Shown in pieces: positions 9,177 through 19,560 of a stretch of DNA of 64,000 nt (positions within the stretch are counted from its first letter, which is position 1; every line of letters starts with the position of its first letter). The notes below the pieces were generated by a model. That model did not search any database and was not told the DNA's origin. It worked only from the letters and a program-made list of their open reading frames with translations. A program made the translations under genes and the position numbers. Source of the stretch: Bacteroidia bacterium (GTDB lineage Bacteria; Bacteroidota; Bacteroidia; JAIBAJ01). The stretch is from assembly GCA_019695265.1 (NCBI GenBank), contig JAIBAJ010000005.1, positions 5,052-69,051 of the forward strand, in the 5' to 3' direction.

Positions 9177-9707
9177 TCATTCTTTTACAGCTATGGTTCC
9201 TTTGATGTTTTTTATTCGGTATTTGGTAAATTCTTGGTTAGACTCTAGTCCATCACCGTATAAAATTTCGTCCTTGGTAGTAATGGTAACAAACTCGTTG
9301 GTATAAATTCGTTTGGTTTGTTCTTCCCAAATGAGGTGTTCGGTTTTTAAGGTTTCTCCCTTGTTATTCACCACCACCACATTAATTCTGGCTTCCATTT
9401 TACCCTTTCCTTCATAGTTTACAGCATATCCGGAGGTCATTTCGGTCTCCGGTTTACCATCGGGACCTAAAAAACTAACATGGACCCCCTTGGGTAAAAC
9501 TTTCCGGGCATTAAATCCGGGGTAAGTATAAATAACAGGCGATTCCAGTTTCATCGTTACTTTTCCAGAATCGGTGTGGGTAATCGTAATATTTCGGGCT
9601 ATTTCAGATGGTTCATCGCTGCGTCGGGCAATTTTATTTACTTCATCCATACGGTTCTTGCATGCACTTAACAAGAGCAGGCAAGCAGTAAGTAAACGCC
9701 AAGGCAT
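9177..9707 (-). CDS. Lipoprotein, possibly LptC-like
   Basis: Start moved to the internal Met that gives a lipobox signal (MPWRLLTACLLLLSAC). This removes the overlap with the upstream OMP gene. About 175 aa. Lies downstream of coaX and an OMP gene on the same strand. Confidence 0.4.
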   Translation of the reverse strand: MPWRLLTACLLLLSACKNRMDEVNKIARRSDEPSEIARNITITHTDSGKVTMKLESPVIYTYPGFNARKVLPKGVHVSFLGPDGKPETEMTSGYAVNYEGKGKMEARINVVVVNNKGETLKTEHLIWEEQTKRIYTNEFVTITTKDEILYGDGLESNQEFTKYRIKNIKGTIAVKE

Positions 9708-9711
9708 TGCT

Positions 9712-11103
9712 TTAATCAAATTTACGCTTTTTGAACCAAAGGTCATTGATGGTAACATTCAAATACACCTTGGCAAAACGTTCTCTTATGCCTAATTGGT
9801 TCATGCTACCTCGTTCTGAAAGGTCCAATCCAATGTTTAGGATGGAAGGAGGAATGGTTTTAAAAGGTGGTTTTAGTCGAATACCTAAGCCTAAGGTTAC
9901 TCCATATTGTGCCACACTGATTCCATTAACCATGGTATTGTTAAAAGAATAATAAGCTCCAATACGGTAGGAAGTCGCATATAAAAGGACTTTACCTAAA
10001 TTGGGATCATTGTATTTGGAAATGTCCGGTGTATATTCAGCACCAAAAGAATACCGGGTATAATCGCGTAAGTTGCCTTGGTAACTGGATGATACTTTGG
10101 ACCAGCTTTGAGTATAATAATCAAAGGCAAATTGGTATTTTCCTTTGTTTACAAAACTAATACCGCCACCATAAGCCATCGGCAATTCGATGCTGGATTT
10201 GTTATTGCGTTCGTATAGGATGGTATCTCTTACCACTTCCAATTGGTCGGAGGTGAGTCGGTAATTGAAAAGGTAATGGGTGTGAGCATTGTTAAGTCTG
10301 GAAGCTAGTTCAAAAATTCCACCCAGTTTGATGGAGGTATTCGTTCCTACCGGAATTTCACCCAAAATCCCTCCTTTAAACTGAAATCCGGTGAAATTAT
10401 CCAGCACCTGATTGGTTATTTTAAGAAGCGACGAATCTAAATTAGGAATAAAGACCTGGTTTCGATCTAAATCACCCCAAATGTAAGAGGCACTTACTCC
10501 GATGGAAATACATTTCCAAGGTCGAACTCCAAAAGAAAGGAAAGCTGAATTTCCGCCTCCGGTTCCTTTAAATACGGTGGTGTCTTTCGAAGTGGTATCT
10601 GAAGTAACTATGTTATATCCTACCCTGCTCAAAGCCTTGTAACCAAATGCCATTCCCATCACATTGCTGGGTGTGTTATTCAATCGTTTTTTAGAGATTA
10701 GATTAAAACCTATAGCAAAATAGTCCAAATTAGCTTGAAACTGGGTATTGGATGCCGAAGGATTAGCAATATTATACCACTTAAAACTGGTACCCAAATC
10801 AATGGCAGAATGCATGTAACCGATGGAAGACAAGGCAGCCGGGTTTGCAAAATTAATGGAACGGTTAGGTTCAGCACCATCGTTGTTTTGACTGAGTGTT
10901 GTTCCACCCATACCTATGTTCCTAGCTTGTCCCGGATAATCAATTTCTCCAATTCCATACCTGGTAAGTGGAGATAAGCTTCCATTCTGGGCCATAATAT
11001 TTCCACTACTCAAAAGCATGAATACGGCCAACCACAAATAGGGTTGAACATTAAAGCTTATTGAAGTTGGATGTTTAGGCAATTCCTTGTTTATTTCCTG
11101 CAT
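9712..11103 (-). CDS. Outer-membrane beta-barrel protein (FadL/OmpP1-like?), unknown function
   Basis: 463 aa with a signal-like segment LWLAVFMLLSSGNIMAQ. Rich in G, Y, N and S with alternating hydrophobic beta-strand patterns, and ends ..FKKRKFD. Family assignment is tentative. Confidence 0.45.
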   Translation of the reverse strand: MQEINKELPKHPTSISFNVQPYLWLAVFMLLSSGNIMAQNGSLSPLTRYGIGEIDYPGQARNIGMGGTTLSQNNDGAEPNRSINFANPAALSSIGYMHSAIDLGTSFKWYNIANPSASNTQFQANLDYFAIGFNLISKKRLNNTPSNVMGMAFGYKALSRVGYNIVTSDTTSKDTTVFKGTGGGNSAFLSFGVRPWKCISIGVSASYIWGDLDRNQVFIPNLDSSLLKITNQVLDNFTGFQFKGGILGEIPVGTNTSIKLGGIFELASRLNNAHTHYLFNYRLTSDQLEVVRDTILYERNNKSSIELPMAYGGGISFVNKGKYQFAFDYYTQSWSKVSSSYQGNLRDYTRYSFGAEYTPDISKYNDPNLGKVLLYATSYRIGAYYSFNNTMVNGISVAQYGVTLGLGIRLKPPFKTIPPSILNIGLDLSERGSMNQLGIRERFAKVYLNVTINDLWFKKRKFD

Positions 11104-11821
11104 TGTAATCTAAAATGGCATTCAAGCCTTGTAGCACTAAATTGGGCGATGCAAAGATGGGAACTTTAAGTCGTTTTTCAAAAATTGTGGAGTCCCCGCC
11201 GGTCAATACTGTGTTAATTTTTCCAAACTGCTTTTCAAACAAGGAAATGGTCCCTAAAATTTCTTGTTCTATTCCTTGAACTACCCCCAAAACAATGGCT
11301 GACTCGGTGCTGTTACCATAAATGGCATTAAAATCTTTGAAGCCAAGCAAAGGAAGTTGGTCTGTATATCGGTTCAAGGCTTGAAAACGCATGGTCATTC
11401 CGGGTGAAATGTTACCTCCCAAATACCTTCCATCCCGATCAACAAAATCAAATTTGATGCATGTTCCCATATCAATTACCAAGGAATTTTGGTTTGGAAA
11501 CAAACTCCAAGCCCCAACCGTACCGGCCAACCTGTCTAAACCCAAGGTTTGGGGTGTGGAATAAGTATTCACTAAAGGGGTTTGGGTTAGGTGGGAAAAA
11601 TGTATCCAAACCGGGGCTTGTTTTACCCATTCATCCAATTCCAACCAAGGCTTTTTAACCGACGATACCAAAATAGCTTCCGACGTTTGAAACGGGGAAA
11701 GATCCAGGAGCAAATCTTCCAGGTTAGGACTCTCGGTTCGGCCTTGTCTTTTTAACTGACCATCTTCAAATACCGCCCATTTGGTAAAGGTATTGCCTCG
11801 GTCTATAATTAGATTAGCCAT
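11075..11821 (-). CDS. coaX: Type III pantothenate kinase
   Basis: MANLIIDRGNTFTKWAVFEDGQL N-terminal actin-fold motif, then ..GTVGAWSLFP and ..VIDMGTC... Start placed at the MANLIID Met rather than the ORF's first ATG. Confidence 0.85.
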   Translation of the reverse strand: MANLIIDRGNTFTKWAVFEDGQLKRQGRTESPNLEDLLLDLSPFQTSEAILVSSVKKPWLELDEWVKQAPVWIHFSHLTQTPLVNTYSTPQTLGLDRLAGTVGAWSLFPNQNSLVIDMGTCIKFDFVDRDGRYLGGNISPGMTMRFQALNRYTDQLPLLGFKDFNAIYGNSTESAIVLGVVQGIEQEILGTISLFEKQFGKINTVLTGGDSTIFEKRLKVPIFASPNLVLQGLNAILDYNAGNKQGIA

Positions 11822-11893
11822 GCTGAAAGGGAAGAATATTTCAAAAAAAATCCCCACCAAAACGGCAGGGATTTTTGAATAGTTCTTGTTGGA

Positions 11894-13213
11894 TTAGTAA
11901 CGGTAGTATTCTGGTTTGTAAGGACCTGCAACAGTTACTCCAATGTAGGAAGCTTGTTCTTCGCTCAATTCTTCCAATTGTACTCCAATTTTAGAAAGGT
12001 GCAAACGAGCTACTTTTTCATCCAAATGTTTTGGAAGGGTGTAAACTTTGTTCTCGTAGGCAGAACCGTTTGTCCACAACTCCAACTGAGCTAAAGTTTG
12101 GTTTGAAAAGGAGTTACTCATAACAAAGGAAGGGTGACCGGTAGCACAACCTAAATTTACCAAACGACCTTCAGCCAAGATGATAATATCCTTACCATCC
12201 ACGTTGTACAAGTCAACTTGAGGCTTAATGGTATCTTTAGTAGATCCATAATTGTCGTTTAACCAAGCCATATCAATTTCAATGTCGAAGTGGCCAATGT
12301 TACAAACGATGGTTTTATCCTTCATAGAACGGAAATGTTTCTCGGTAATAATGTCCTTATTTCCGGTAGCAGTAACAACGATATCCGCCTCTTTAACGGC
12401 ATCAATCATGCGTTTAACTTCGAATCCGTCCATAGCCGCTTGCAAGGCACAAATTGGGTCAATCTCGGTTACGATAACACGAGCCCCTGAACCGCGCAAT
12501 GATTCCGCTGAACCTTTTCCTACGTCACCGTATCCGGCAACAACAGCCACTTTACCGGCCATCATTACATCGGTTGCACGACGAATAGCATCTACCAAGG
12601 ATTCTTTACAACCATATTTGTTATCAAATTTAGATTTGGTAACGCTGTCGTTTACGTTGATGGCAGGAATTGGTAAAGTTCCATTTTTCATACGCTCATA
12701 CAAACGGTGAACGCCGGTAGTGGTTTCTTCGCTCAAACCTTTGATATCCTTAATCAACTCCGGATATTTGTCTAATACCATGTTGGTTAAGTCTCCACCA
12801 TCATCTAAAATCATGTTCAAACTTTTTCCGCCTTTAAAAGCAAATAAAGTTTGTTCAATGCACCAATCAAATTCTTCGGCAGTTTGACCTTTCCATGCAT
12901 AAACCGGAATTCCGGCAGCAGCTATTGCCGCAGCAGCATGATCCTGAGTTGAAAAAATGTTACATGACGACCAGGTTACATCGGCACCTAATTCTACTAA
13001 GGTTTCAATTAATACCGCAGTTTGAATAGTCATGTGTAAGCAACCTGCAATACGAGCACCGGTCAATGGTTTTTTAGGACCGTATTCTGCACGAATAGCC
13101 ATTAATCCTGGCATTTCAGCTTCGGCTAAACGGATCTCTTTACGACCCCAGGCAGCTAAGCTAATGTCTTTTACTTTGTAAGGAAGCACTTCTGTTTGTG
13201 TTAATGTTGACAT
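11894..13213 (-). CDS. ahcY: Adenosylhomocysteinase (S-adenosyl-L-homocysteine hydrolase)
   Basis: 439 aa. [28 protein letters not shown], an NAD-binding [15 protein letters not shown] motif and the conserved HFDIEID block. Confidence 0.95.
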   Translation of the reverse strand: MSTLTQTEVLPYKVKDISLAAWGRKEIRLAEAEMPGLMAIRAEYGPKKPLTGARIAGCLHMTIQTAVLIETLVELGADVTWSSCNIFSTQDHAAAAIAAAGIPVYAWKGQTAEEFDWCIEQTLFAFKGGKSLNMILDDGGDLTNMVLDKYPELIKDIKGLSEETTTGVHRLYERMKNGTLPIPAINVNDSVTKSKFDNKYGCKESLVDAIRRATDVMMAGKVAVVAGYGDVGKGSAESLRGSGARVIVTEIDPICALQAAMDGFEVKRMIDAVKEADIVVTATGNKDIITEKHFRSMKDKTIVCNIGHFDIEIDMAWLNDNYGSTKDTIKPQVDLYNVDGKDIIILAEGRLVNLGCATGHPSFVMSNSFSNQTLAQLELWTNGSAYENKVYTLPKHLDEKVARLHLSKIGVQLEELSEEQASYIGVTVAGPYKPEYYRY

Positions 13214-13279
13214 AAAAAATAATTTGTTGTTGTTGTTGTTTTCTGGGCGGCAAAGATACTAATAAAATTTTGACAAAAA

Positions 13280-14059
13280 TTAAAGGATTTCTTCTCTTAA
13301 CTTTTTAAAGTAATTCGCAGCTTTCAGCATTCTTGAACCATACCACGAAAACATTTCTCCATCCACTAAAACCACCTTGGATTGCTTAAATCTCTCCTGA
13401 TATTGCCTTACATGCTTAATTCCAAACGGATAAGGTTCAGAGGATAAAAAAATAAAATCCGGCTTCAAATCATGTATCGCTTCTAAACTTAATTCCGGAT
13501 ACCGTCGCAAATGACTCAAACTATTTCTAAATCCGGCCCTTCTCATACAATCGTTGATGTAAGTTTCATTGCCCGCCCCCATCATAGGCTTGTCCCAAAT
13601 TAGATAAACCGAACTATGATTTGTAGTCCCGGGCAATTGCTCCATTGAACGTGCTATCTTGCTTACCAGTTCTCCGGCCTCCCCGGTTTTGCCGGTTAGT
13701 TGTCCAACCTGTTGTATCATTGCCAATCCCGATTCCACCGTGTTAATGTCTGTTACCCAAACCGGAAAAGATTGAGACAATTCCAGTATGTCTTCTTCCT
13801 TATTCTCTTCCTTGTTCGCTAAAATTAAATCAGGATTCAATTGTGCAATTACATCTAATTTGAGCTGTTTAGTGCCTCCAACTAATTTCTTGTTGCTTAG
13901 TAAATGCCGGGGATGAATACAAAATTTCGTGATGCCAACCAATTCCTGCTCCAACCCCAAATCAACCAATAGTTCAGTTTGAGATGGAACTAAACTAACA
14001 ATTCGTTTTGGCGGCTTGCTCAGGTTTATTGTTCGACCCAATTGGTCAGTAAACTCCAT
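13280..14059 (-). CDS. Periplasmic substrate-binding protein of the BtuF/TroA-like (cobalamin or siderophore ABC) class
   Basis: RIVSLVPSQTELLVDLGLEQELVGITKFC is characteristic of BtuF-like helical-backbone binding proteins. No ABC permease or ATPase gene is adjacent. Confidence 0.65.
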   Translation of the reverse strand: MEFTDQLGRTINLSKPPKRIVSLVPSQTELLVDLGLEQELVGITKFCIHPRHLLSNKKLVGGTKQLKLDVIAQLNPDLILANKEENKEEDILELSQSFPVWVTDINTVESGLAMIQQVGQLTGKTGEAGELVSKIARSMEQLPGTTNHSSVYLIWDKPMMGAGNETYINDCMRRAGFRNSLSHLRRYPELSLEAIHDLKPDFIFLSSEPYPFGIKHVRQYQERFKQSKVVLVDGEMFSWYGSRMLKAANYFKKLREEIL

Positions 14060-14681
14060 AAAGCAAAAATAGTCAGTTATTCCATGGAAAGTGCGGATAC
14101 AATGGCTGTTTTAACCAGACTATCAAAATTGGTTAAATAGGGTTTGCTAATACACATTCAATCGATTCATTATAAGCCATTTAAATAATTATTTGAATCA
14201 CATTGGTGCAAGATTTTGAATTAGATTTTCTAGATTTCCTTGCATCCATATTTTTTGAAGATTACTTTGGATTGTTAGTCAGAAATACAGCATCTGCTTC
14301 GTTGCCTGCGGTTCGCATTATTTAAGTATACAGCTTCACCTTGGCGCCTTGCATCTACTGCATTTCTGACTTTTTCAGCAGATCCTAAATAATTATCAAT
14401 CGGATGAGTGATTTTTATTATACCCTAAGCAAGCCCCTAGGCAGAAGCAAAGCGGTATCAATTAATTTTAACCTTAAACAAACAGCTATTCCGGTGAATT
14501 GGTAGGTTAGTTTTACTAAGTTTCTATTCCATTCTCAATCATCCTATCTAAATCTAACAACCAAGTTAATTGCCCAAGCTTCAAACTTCGTTCAGGAAAG
14601 AAATGGACAAAAGATTACCACTGAAATTTTGATAATCAAAATCTCCCCCCCCCCTCAATAAATTTTAAAGAGAAATTGCAA

Positions 14682-15263
14682 TTAAATGCCTTGAGGAACA
14701 AAATCCTCTCTAAGAATATTTATCCTCTTAATCCCTCCCACTTTACCAATAACAGTTGACCCTAGCGGAGTTCCTTCAGGACAGAAAATTTTATGACAAA
14801 CCAAAGGAAAACATTTTACAATGTTTTTAATCTCTAACGTGAATCCTGCTTTAATTTTAGCACTTATAATGGATTCCAAAACCAAAAAAGTACTATTGTT
14901 TAGGTATTCCAAAAGAAGCTTTTTCTCAGGTAAAAATTCAAGGATTAACTTTTGACCTTCCCTTAGTTCATTCAAATTGAGAAAGCAAATTTCATTCGGA
15001 TTGCAACTTCCAACCTCCTGACCTTCTTGGCAAAAGTTATCCCATGAGGTATAACCCAAAACATTAGATAGAAGATCCAAAGTATAAAGATGCGGTTTGG
15101 CTGAGGGAGTGCTAAATCCAAAAAGACGTTTAAGGGTACTGGAACTTATATTACAGTTGTATCCCTCCCTTAAATCCTTGGAAATAGTTTCGCAGTCCTT
15201 TGGATACCGTATGGTGTATCCCAATTTCAGTTCAATGTTTTTTTTAAGCCTTTTGATGTTCAT
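14682..15263 (-). CDS. Small conserved HTH-like protein (paralog of 323-871)
   Basis: 193 aa. Shares the RYPKDCE..SKDLRE.YNCNISSSTLKRLFGFS and LVLES....K..F.LEI.NIV..FPLVCHKIF blocks with the 323-871 ORF. Confidence 0.55.
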   Translation of the reverse strand: MNIKRLKKNIELKLGYTIRYPKDCETISKDLREGYNCNISSSTLKRLFGFSTPSAKPHLYTLDLLSNVLGYTSWDNFCQEGQEVGSCNPNEICFLNLNELREGQKLILEFLPEKKLLLEYLNNSTFLVLESIISAKIKAGFTLEIKNIVKCFPLVCHKIFCPEGTPLGSTVIGKVGGIKRINILREDFVPQGI

Positions 15264-15392
15264 GGTAGAAGGCGATTTTAGTATATTTTTTTGTTGTTTA
15301 TAATTTAACGACCTAAAAGAACTTTATGACCTTTTTGATTTTTTTGATAGATTGATAGAAAAAGAAAATAGAATCTCTTTGTACCAAATCCG

Positions 15393-15399
15393 GGGGGGC
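15393..15399. other. G7 homopolymer tract 3 nt upstream of the start codon at 15402
   Basis: CCGGGGGGGCAAATG. A simple-sequence tract at a translation start is a candidate slipped-strand switch. Confidence 0.3.
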
Positions 15400-15401
15400 A
15401 A

Positions 15402-16142
15402 ATGTGTAATATTTTCAACCAAAATACTCAAATTATCGACCAACTATCATTTTGCCATATTCCACTTGACAGTATTGGTCTTAAATTAAATTTTTTGCAT
15501 GGTCAAAAAGAGTTAGTGTCATTTTTACACTTAGTTCAATCCAACAAAGCTCTCTCCGAGGGTCAAAATCAACAAAAAAATATAATTAAAGAGTTTGTTA
15601 TCAATCACTTAAACTCAATTAGCGACTTTTCATTACTGGACTCCGGGCTTATTTCATCGGAGATCTTACCCTTTCTTTTAGTGGGCTCTCCTCTTTTACT
15701 TTTTCTATTATTATTATTAAAATTTAGACCAAAAATTTTAATTCAAAAACCTTACCTCGTTTTAGGAGAAAGTTCAATTGACCACCTATGCATTTCCATA
15801 GTAAACCTTTCCAAACAGCAAGATTCAATTGGCATAAAAACCGAAGCTGAAATAATCAATGATAATATTACCTATCGCCTAATCCTTGAAGAAGATGGAA
15901 TGGAGATACAATCTATGAGGAAAAGAAAAGTTGGAATTTTAAACATGATTGTCCGAAAAATTGATTTTGCACCAATTGATTTAAGGCCTAAACCCGTTTA
16001 CCTAAAAGACCTATCTCTATTACTAAATTCTCCAAATACCATTTTAAAAATCAAAGTTATAGCAAAACACAAAATGTCAGGTATATGTCTATCAATTGAA
16101 AAAAAATATAGAAAAATAATTCACAATTACTACGAAATATAA
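15402..16142 (+). CDS. Single-pass membrane protein (distant paralog of 1128-1745)
   Basis: 246 aa. TM helix ILPFLLVGSPLLLFLLLLLKF. Conserved C-terminal domain shared with the 1128-1745 ORF. Confidence 0.45.
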   Translation: MCNIFNQNTQIIDQLSFCHIPLDSIGLKLNFLHGQKELVSFLHLVQSNKALSEGQNQQKNIIKEFVINHLNSISDFSLLDSGLISSEILPFLLVGSPLLLFLLLLLKFRPKILIQKPYLVLGESSIDHLCISIVNLSKQQDSIGIKTEAEIINDNITYRLILEEDGMEIQSMRKRKVGILNMIVRKIDFAPIDLRPKPVYLKDLSLLLNSPNTILKIKVIAKHKMSGICLSIEKKYRKIIHNYYEI

Positions 16143-16465
16143 AATACAAATAATTTTAATTATAGTTTAATATTTAATATAAATCATCAAATATAAATCA
16201 ATTAACAAAACAAATTAATAAGAGAATAAATCCATATACCCAAACCTTCATAATAAGCTGTAAAAAATAAATAACCCAATGCCAAGTTAGGCAAAACCAA
16301 CTAAAAATCCTTAACTTCCTATAACCTATGCAAAAACATCATTCTACTTAAATCCCCGTGACCTTAAACCCAGAATAATTCACCAAATAACCTTATAACC
16401 TAGTAATTTCCATTAACATGCTTTTTGCTAAATAATCAGCACCGCTGTTACATAACGCTCTCCAT

Positions 16466-16990
16466 ATGGCTCAAATGATAGAATCGTTATTACACCTTTC
16501 AAAACTAGAAATAGGTAGGCTTAATATAAAATTGGTCGATTTGCATCAGTTGGCACTTCAGGTTTTAGAAGAAAACAAACCTTATCCCAATCCAAATTTG
16601 CATTGCACAATAGATAGTTTGCCACCAATTAATACAGATCCAATCTTACTGCATCATGTTCTATTTAAGCTGATAGAAAACGCAATAAAATTCTCTTCCA
16701 AAAGAGAATATCCAAAAATTAAAATTTCAAGTTTTCTTTCAAGCGCTGAAATACGAATTTCAATCAAAGACAATGGTGTTGGATTTGATATGGCTGAATA
16801 TGATAAACTCTTTGGCACTTTCAAACGACTTCAATCCGGTAACGAATATCAAGGAGATGGCTTAGGACTCGTCTATTGCAAAAATGCCATTTCCAAATTG
16901 GGAGGTCGAATATGGGCTCAATCAATACTAGAAGAAGGTTCTGAATTTTCTTTCACTTTACCATACTCCTGCATACCTTCCAGTAATTAA
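16466..16990 (+). pseudogene. 5'-truncated remnant of the PAS histidine kinase, retaining the HATPase_c domain only
   Basis: The 174-aa ORF aligns (about 45% identity) only to residues ~415-584 of the 1748-3502 kinase (MTHLIDSLLSFSRLGK.. against MAQMIESLLHLSKLEIGR..). The H-box and PAS region are absent. An in-frame stop lies 9 nt upstream, and 320 bp of very AT-rich non-coding DNA replaces the 5' part. Confidence 0.6.
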
Positions 16991-17044
16991 AAATAAATAA
17001 TTCAAACAACACTAAACCAATATAAATTTTTACGTTATCTAAAT

Positions 17045-19021
17045 ATGAGGATTTTACATATCGAAGACGATGCCAGCGACGCCCTTTTCATTCAAAGAAA
17101 ACTCGCAAGTACATATACTCATTTAGAATACCTTCGAGTACAATCATTAGAAGAACTCAAAACTTCAATCCCATCTTTTGAACCAGACGTAATACTATCC
17201 GACCATCAATTAAATGGCTTTACCTCTAAAGAAATTTTTCAAATTTTCAAAGACTCTTGGCACAATTGCCCTTTTATACTAATTACAGATACCGTTTCAG
17301 AAGACTTCGCTGCCGAAGCACTAAGAAATGGGATAGATGACTATATTGTAAAAAATCGTATTGACCGTTTACCAAAAGTTATTGATACTTTACTTCTTAA
17401 AAACCAACTCTTAAAAGAGAGAGATGAATACATCAATCAAATTATTGAAAGCGAAACCAGATACCGCGACTTATTGTATTCAACCACCGAACTAATCCAT
17501 AGCGCTGATTTACAAGGTAACCTGAATTTTGTAAACCAATCATGGAAACGCTTTCTTGGATACTCCAGTTCCGAAGTCATCAACCGAAACATCTTCGAAT
17601 TTATTGCAGATTCTTCCAAAAGATCCTGCGAAATCAAATTCCAACGATTAATGAAAGGCGAAAAAGTGGAAGATATGAAACTAGAAATGATTGCCAAAGA
17701 CGGCCAATTGAGAAAAATGGAAGGATTAGCCGTCCCTCGTTACATTGGGAATTATCTTATTGGATCTCATGCCTTTTTAAAGGATATTACCGAAAAAGAA
17801 GAAATCCAAAGCAAACTTATTGAAAGCGAAAAACGATACGCACTTGCAATTGCTGCAACTTCAGATGGTATCATTGACCTTAATATTAAAAACAAACAAT
17901 TTTACCTTTCAAACCATTGCTTTGAAATACTTGATCTAGCTCCCCAACCCATCTCAATCTCTAACCTTCATTCCATCGTACCTTCCGGGTTCTATCTCTG
18001 GGTGAAAAACCTGGTAAAAAACAATGGAAAAAAATTGAAAAATTCACTTTTCGATCAAGATATTGAAATTTTCTCCAACCCATCAAAATGGGTAAATATT
18101 AAAGCAATCTTCAACCATAAAGATTGCCGAATTAATGGCTCAATCCGGAATATTACCGAAAAAAAAATCCAAGAAATAAAAATTCAAAACTTTAATAAAA
18201 ATCTGGAAATTCGGGTAGATCTTAAAACTAAAGAGCTTAAAAAGGCTATATCTTTACTAACCAGCCGCAATAAAGAAATACAAGACAGTATTCATTACGC
18301 AAAAAGAATTCACGATGCCTTAACTTCCCATCCCAGAAACTTGGATGAAATATTTCCAAATTCCTTTATTCTTAACCTCCCCAAAGATGTAATTGGCGGC
18401 GACTTTGCTTGGTTTCAACAGGTGGGCAATACCAAGTTTATTGCAGCAGCCGATTGCACAGGCCATGGTGTTCCTGGTGCCTTGCTTTCGGTGGTTGCAA
18501 CCATTCTTCTTGATGAGGCAGTTCTTAAACAAGAAATAAACAATCCTTCCAAAATCCTTGAATTCGTAAATAAACGCCTTTTAAACCTACTTAATAACAC
18601 TGAAGATCTATTGTCGGATGGCCTTGACATCGCCCTTTGTGCAATCAATCCCAATTGCAGGAAAATCCTATTCTCAGGAGCAAATCGACCCATTTATTTC
18701 AAAACCAACAACCAAATTACAGTCCTTCATGGCGATAAAATATCGCTTGGCGAACCCGAAAAAAACCATGTATTTTCACTTCAAACTATTTCTTACATGC
18801 CTAATGACCAGCTCTTTATGCATTCAGATGGAATTACCAGTCAATTTGGAGGAAAATTCGGAAAAAAATTAAAACGACAACACTTACTGAACGAATTAGA
18901 ATTTGATATGCCGATGCCTCAGAAATACCGTTTTATTCGTGAACTATTTGATGAATGGAAAGGTGACTTGGAACAAACTGACGATGTGTTGGTAATCGGT
19001 ATCACTTTGCCTTCAACTTAG
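17045..19021 (+). CDS. REC, PAS and PP2C (SpoIIE-type) phosphatase response regulator (paralog of 3951-5933)
   Basis: 658 aa. REC N-terminus (MRILHIEDDASD ... DVILSDHQL). PP2C motifs GGDFAWFQQ..AAADCTGHGVPGALLSVV, DGLDIALC, MHSDG and DDVLVIGI. Confidence 0.85.
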   Translation: MRILHIEDDASDALFIQRKLASTYTHLEYLRVQSLEELKTSIPSFEPDVILSDHQLNGFTSKEIFQIFKDSWHNCPFILITDTVSEDFAAEALRNGIDDYIVKNRIDRLPKVIDTLLLKNQLLKERDEYINQIIESETRYRDLLYSTTELIHSADLQGNLNFVNQSWKRFLGYSSSEVINRNIFEFIADSSKRSCEIKFQRLMKGEKVEDMKLEMIAKDGQLRKMEGLAVPRYIGNYLIGSHAFLKDITEKEEIQSKLIESEKRYALAIAATSDGIIDLNIKNKQFYLSNHCFEILDLAPQPISISNLHSIVPSGFYLWVKNLVKNNGKKLKNSLFDQDIEIFSNPSKWVNIKAIFNHKDCRINGSIRNITEKKIQEIKIQNFNKNLEIRVDLKTKELKKAISLLTSRNKEIQDSIHYAKRIHDALTSHPRNLDEIFPNSFILNLPKDVIGGDFAWFQQVGNTKFIAAADCTGHGVPGALLSVVATILLDEAVLKQEINNPSKILEFVNKRLLNLLNNTEDLLSDGLDIALCAINPNCRKILFSGANRPIYFKTNNQITVLHGDKISLGEPEKNHVFSLQTISYMPNDQLFMHSDGITSQFGGKFGKKLKRQHLLNELEFDMPMPQKYRFIRELFDEWKGDLEQTDDVLVIGITLPST

Positions 19022-19027
19022 TTTTTT

Positions 19028-19170
19028 AAGTATTTGGCGGGCCCATTCGCACAACAATTTCACTTCGTCCGATAGTTCGTAAGGCTCATGGCCGGGCTAT
19101 CGCCGCTACTCCTCACCCGAAAGTATTCGGGTTGCGGGGTAGCATGCTCTATCCCTGCCCGAACGGAACC
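19028..19170 (-). repeat. Repeat R1 copy (minus orientation)
   Basis: The reverse complement reads ..CGGGCAGGGATAGAGCATGCTACC..GGCGATAGCC..GAATGGGCCCGCCAAATACTTAAAAAAC. It shares the 5' block, the GGCGATAGCC block and the 3' GGGCCCGCCAAATAC block with the other R1 copies. Begins 7 nt after the PP2C gene stop. Confidence 0.6.
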
Positions 19171-19560
19171 TCTACCTTTGGGTATATTGTTCTTGGCATT
19201 TATCTTAAAAAGGTCTGTTTCAAATCTCCTGCCAATACTTTGTTCTCAACCTCTATTTACATTAATGATGTTCGGGTATAAAGTTAGAAATGCAAAATGA
19301 TAAACTAACATGGCCAATCCCCTTTCTATATACTCCAAGTCAGGTTCAATGTAAATACCGCATTGCTAACTAACAAACCTGTTATACCAATCAATTGGGC
19401 TTAAAACGGGAATATTAAACCCTGCCAATCCCCTTGATTTCATTGGGTTTACCCAAACCGGGAACCTAATTTTAATACAATCCAAAAAAAAAATTATTCC
19501 ATCCGTTATGGAATCCGTCCAACTAGGCATCTAAATACTGAAACCAAAACCTTCTTTATC

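Noticed and set aside
12252-12710. 152-aa plus-strand ORF antisense to ahcY
   Set aside because: It is entirely contained in the highly conserved ahcY coding region and its sequence is low-complexity (Ser/Thr/Ala-rich).
13224-13240. (TTG)5 microsatellite in the 66-nt gap upstream of ahcY
   Set aside because: Short and outside coding sequence. I saw no repeated triplet tract elsewhere, so it is probably an incidental simple repeat. It could still be checked for length polymorphism.
14060-14680. Possible cobalamin riboswitch upstream of the BtuF-like binding-protein gene
   Set aside because: I looked for the B12-box (GCCACTG on the transcribed strand) and did not find it. Only a modest 10-bp hairpin (AGTCAGAAAT..ATTTCTGACT at ~14275-14378) is present.
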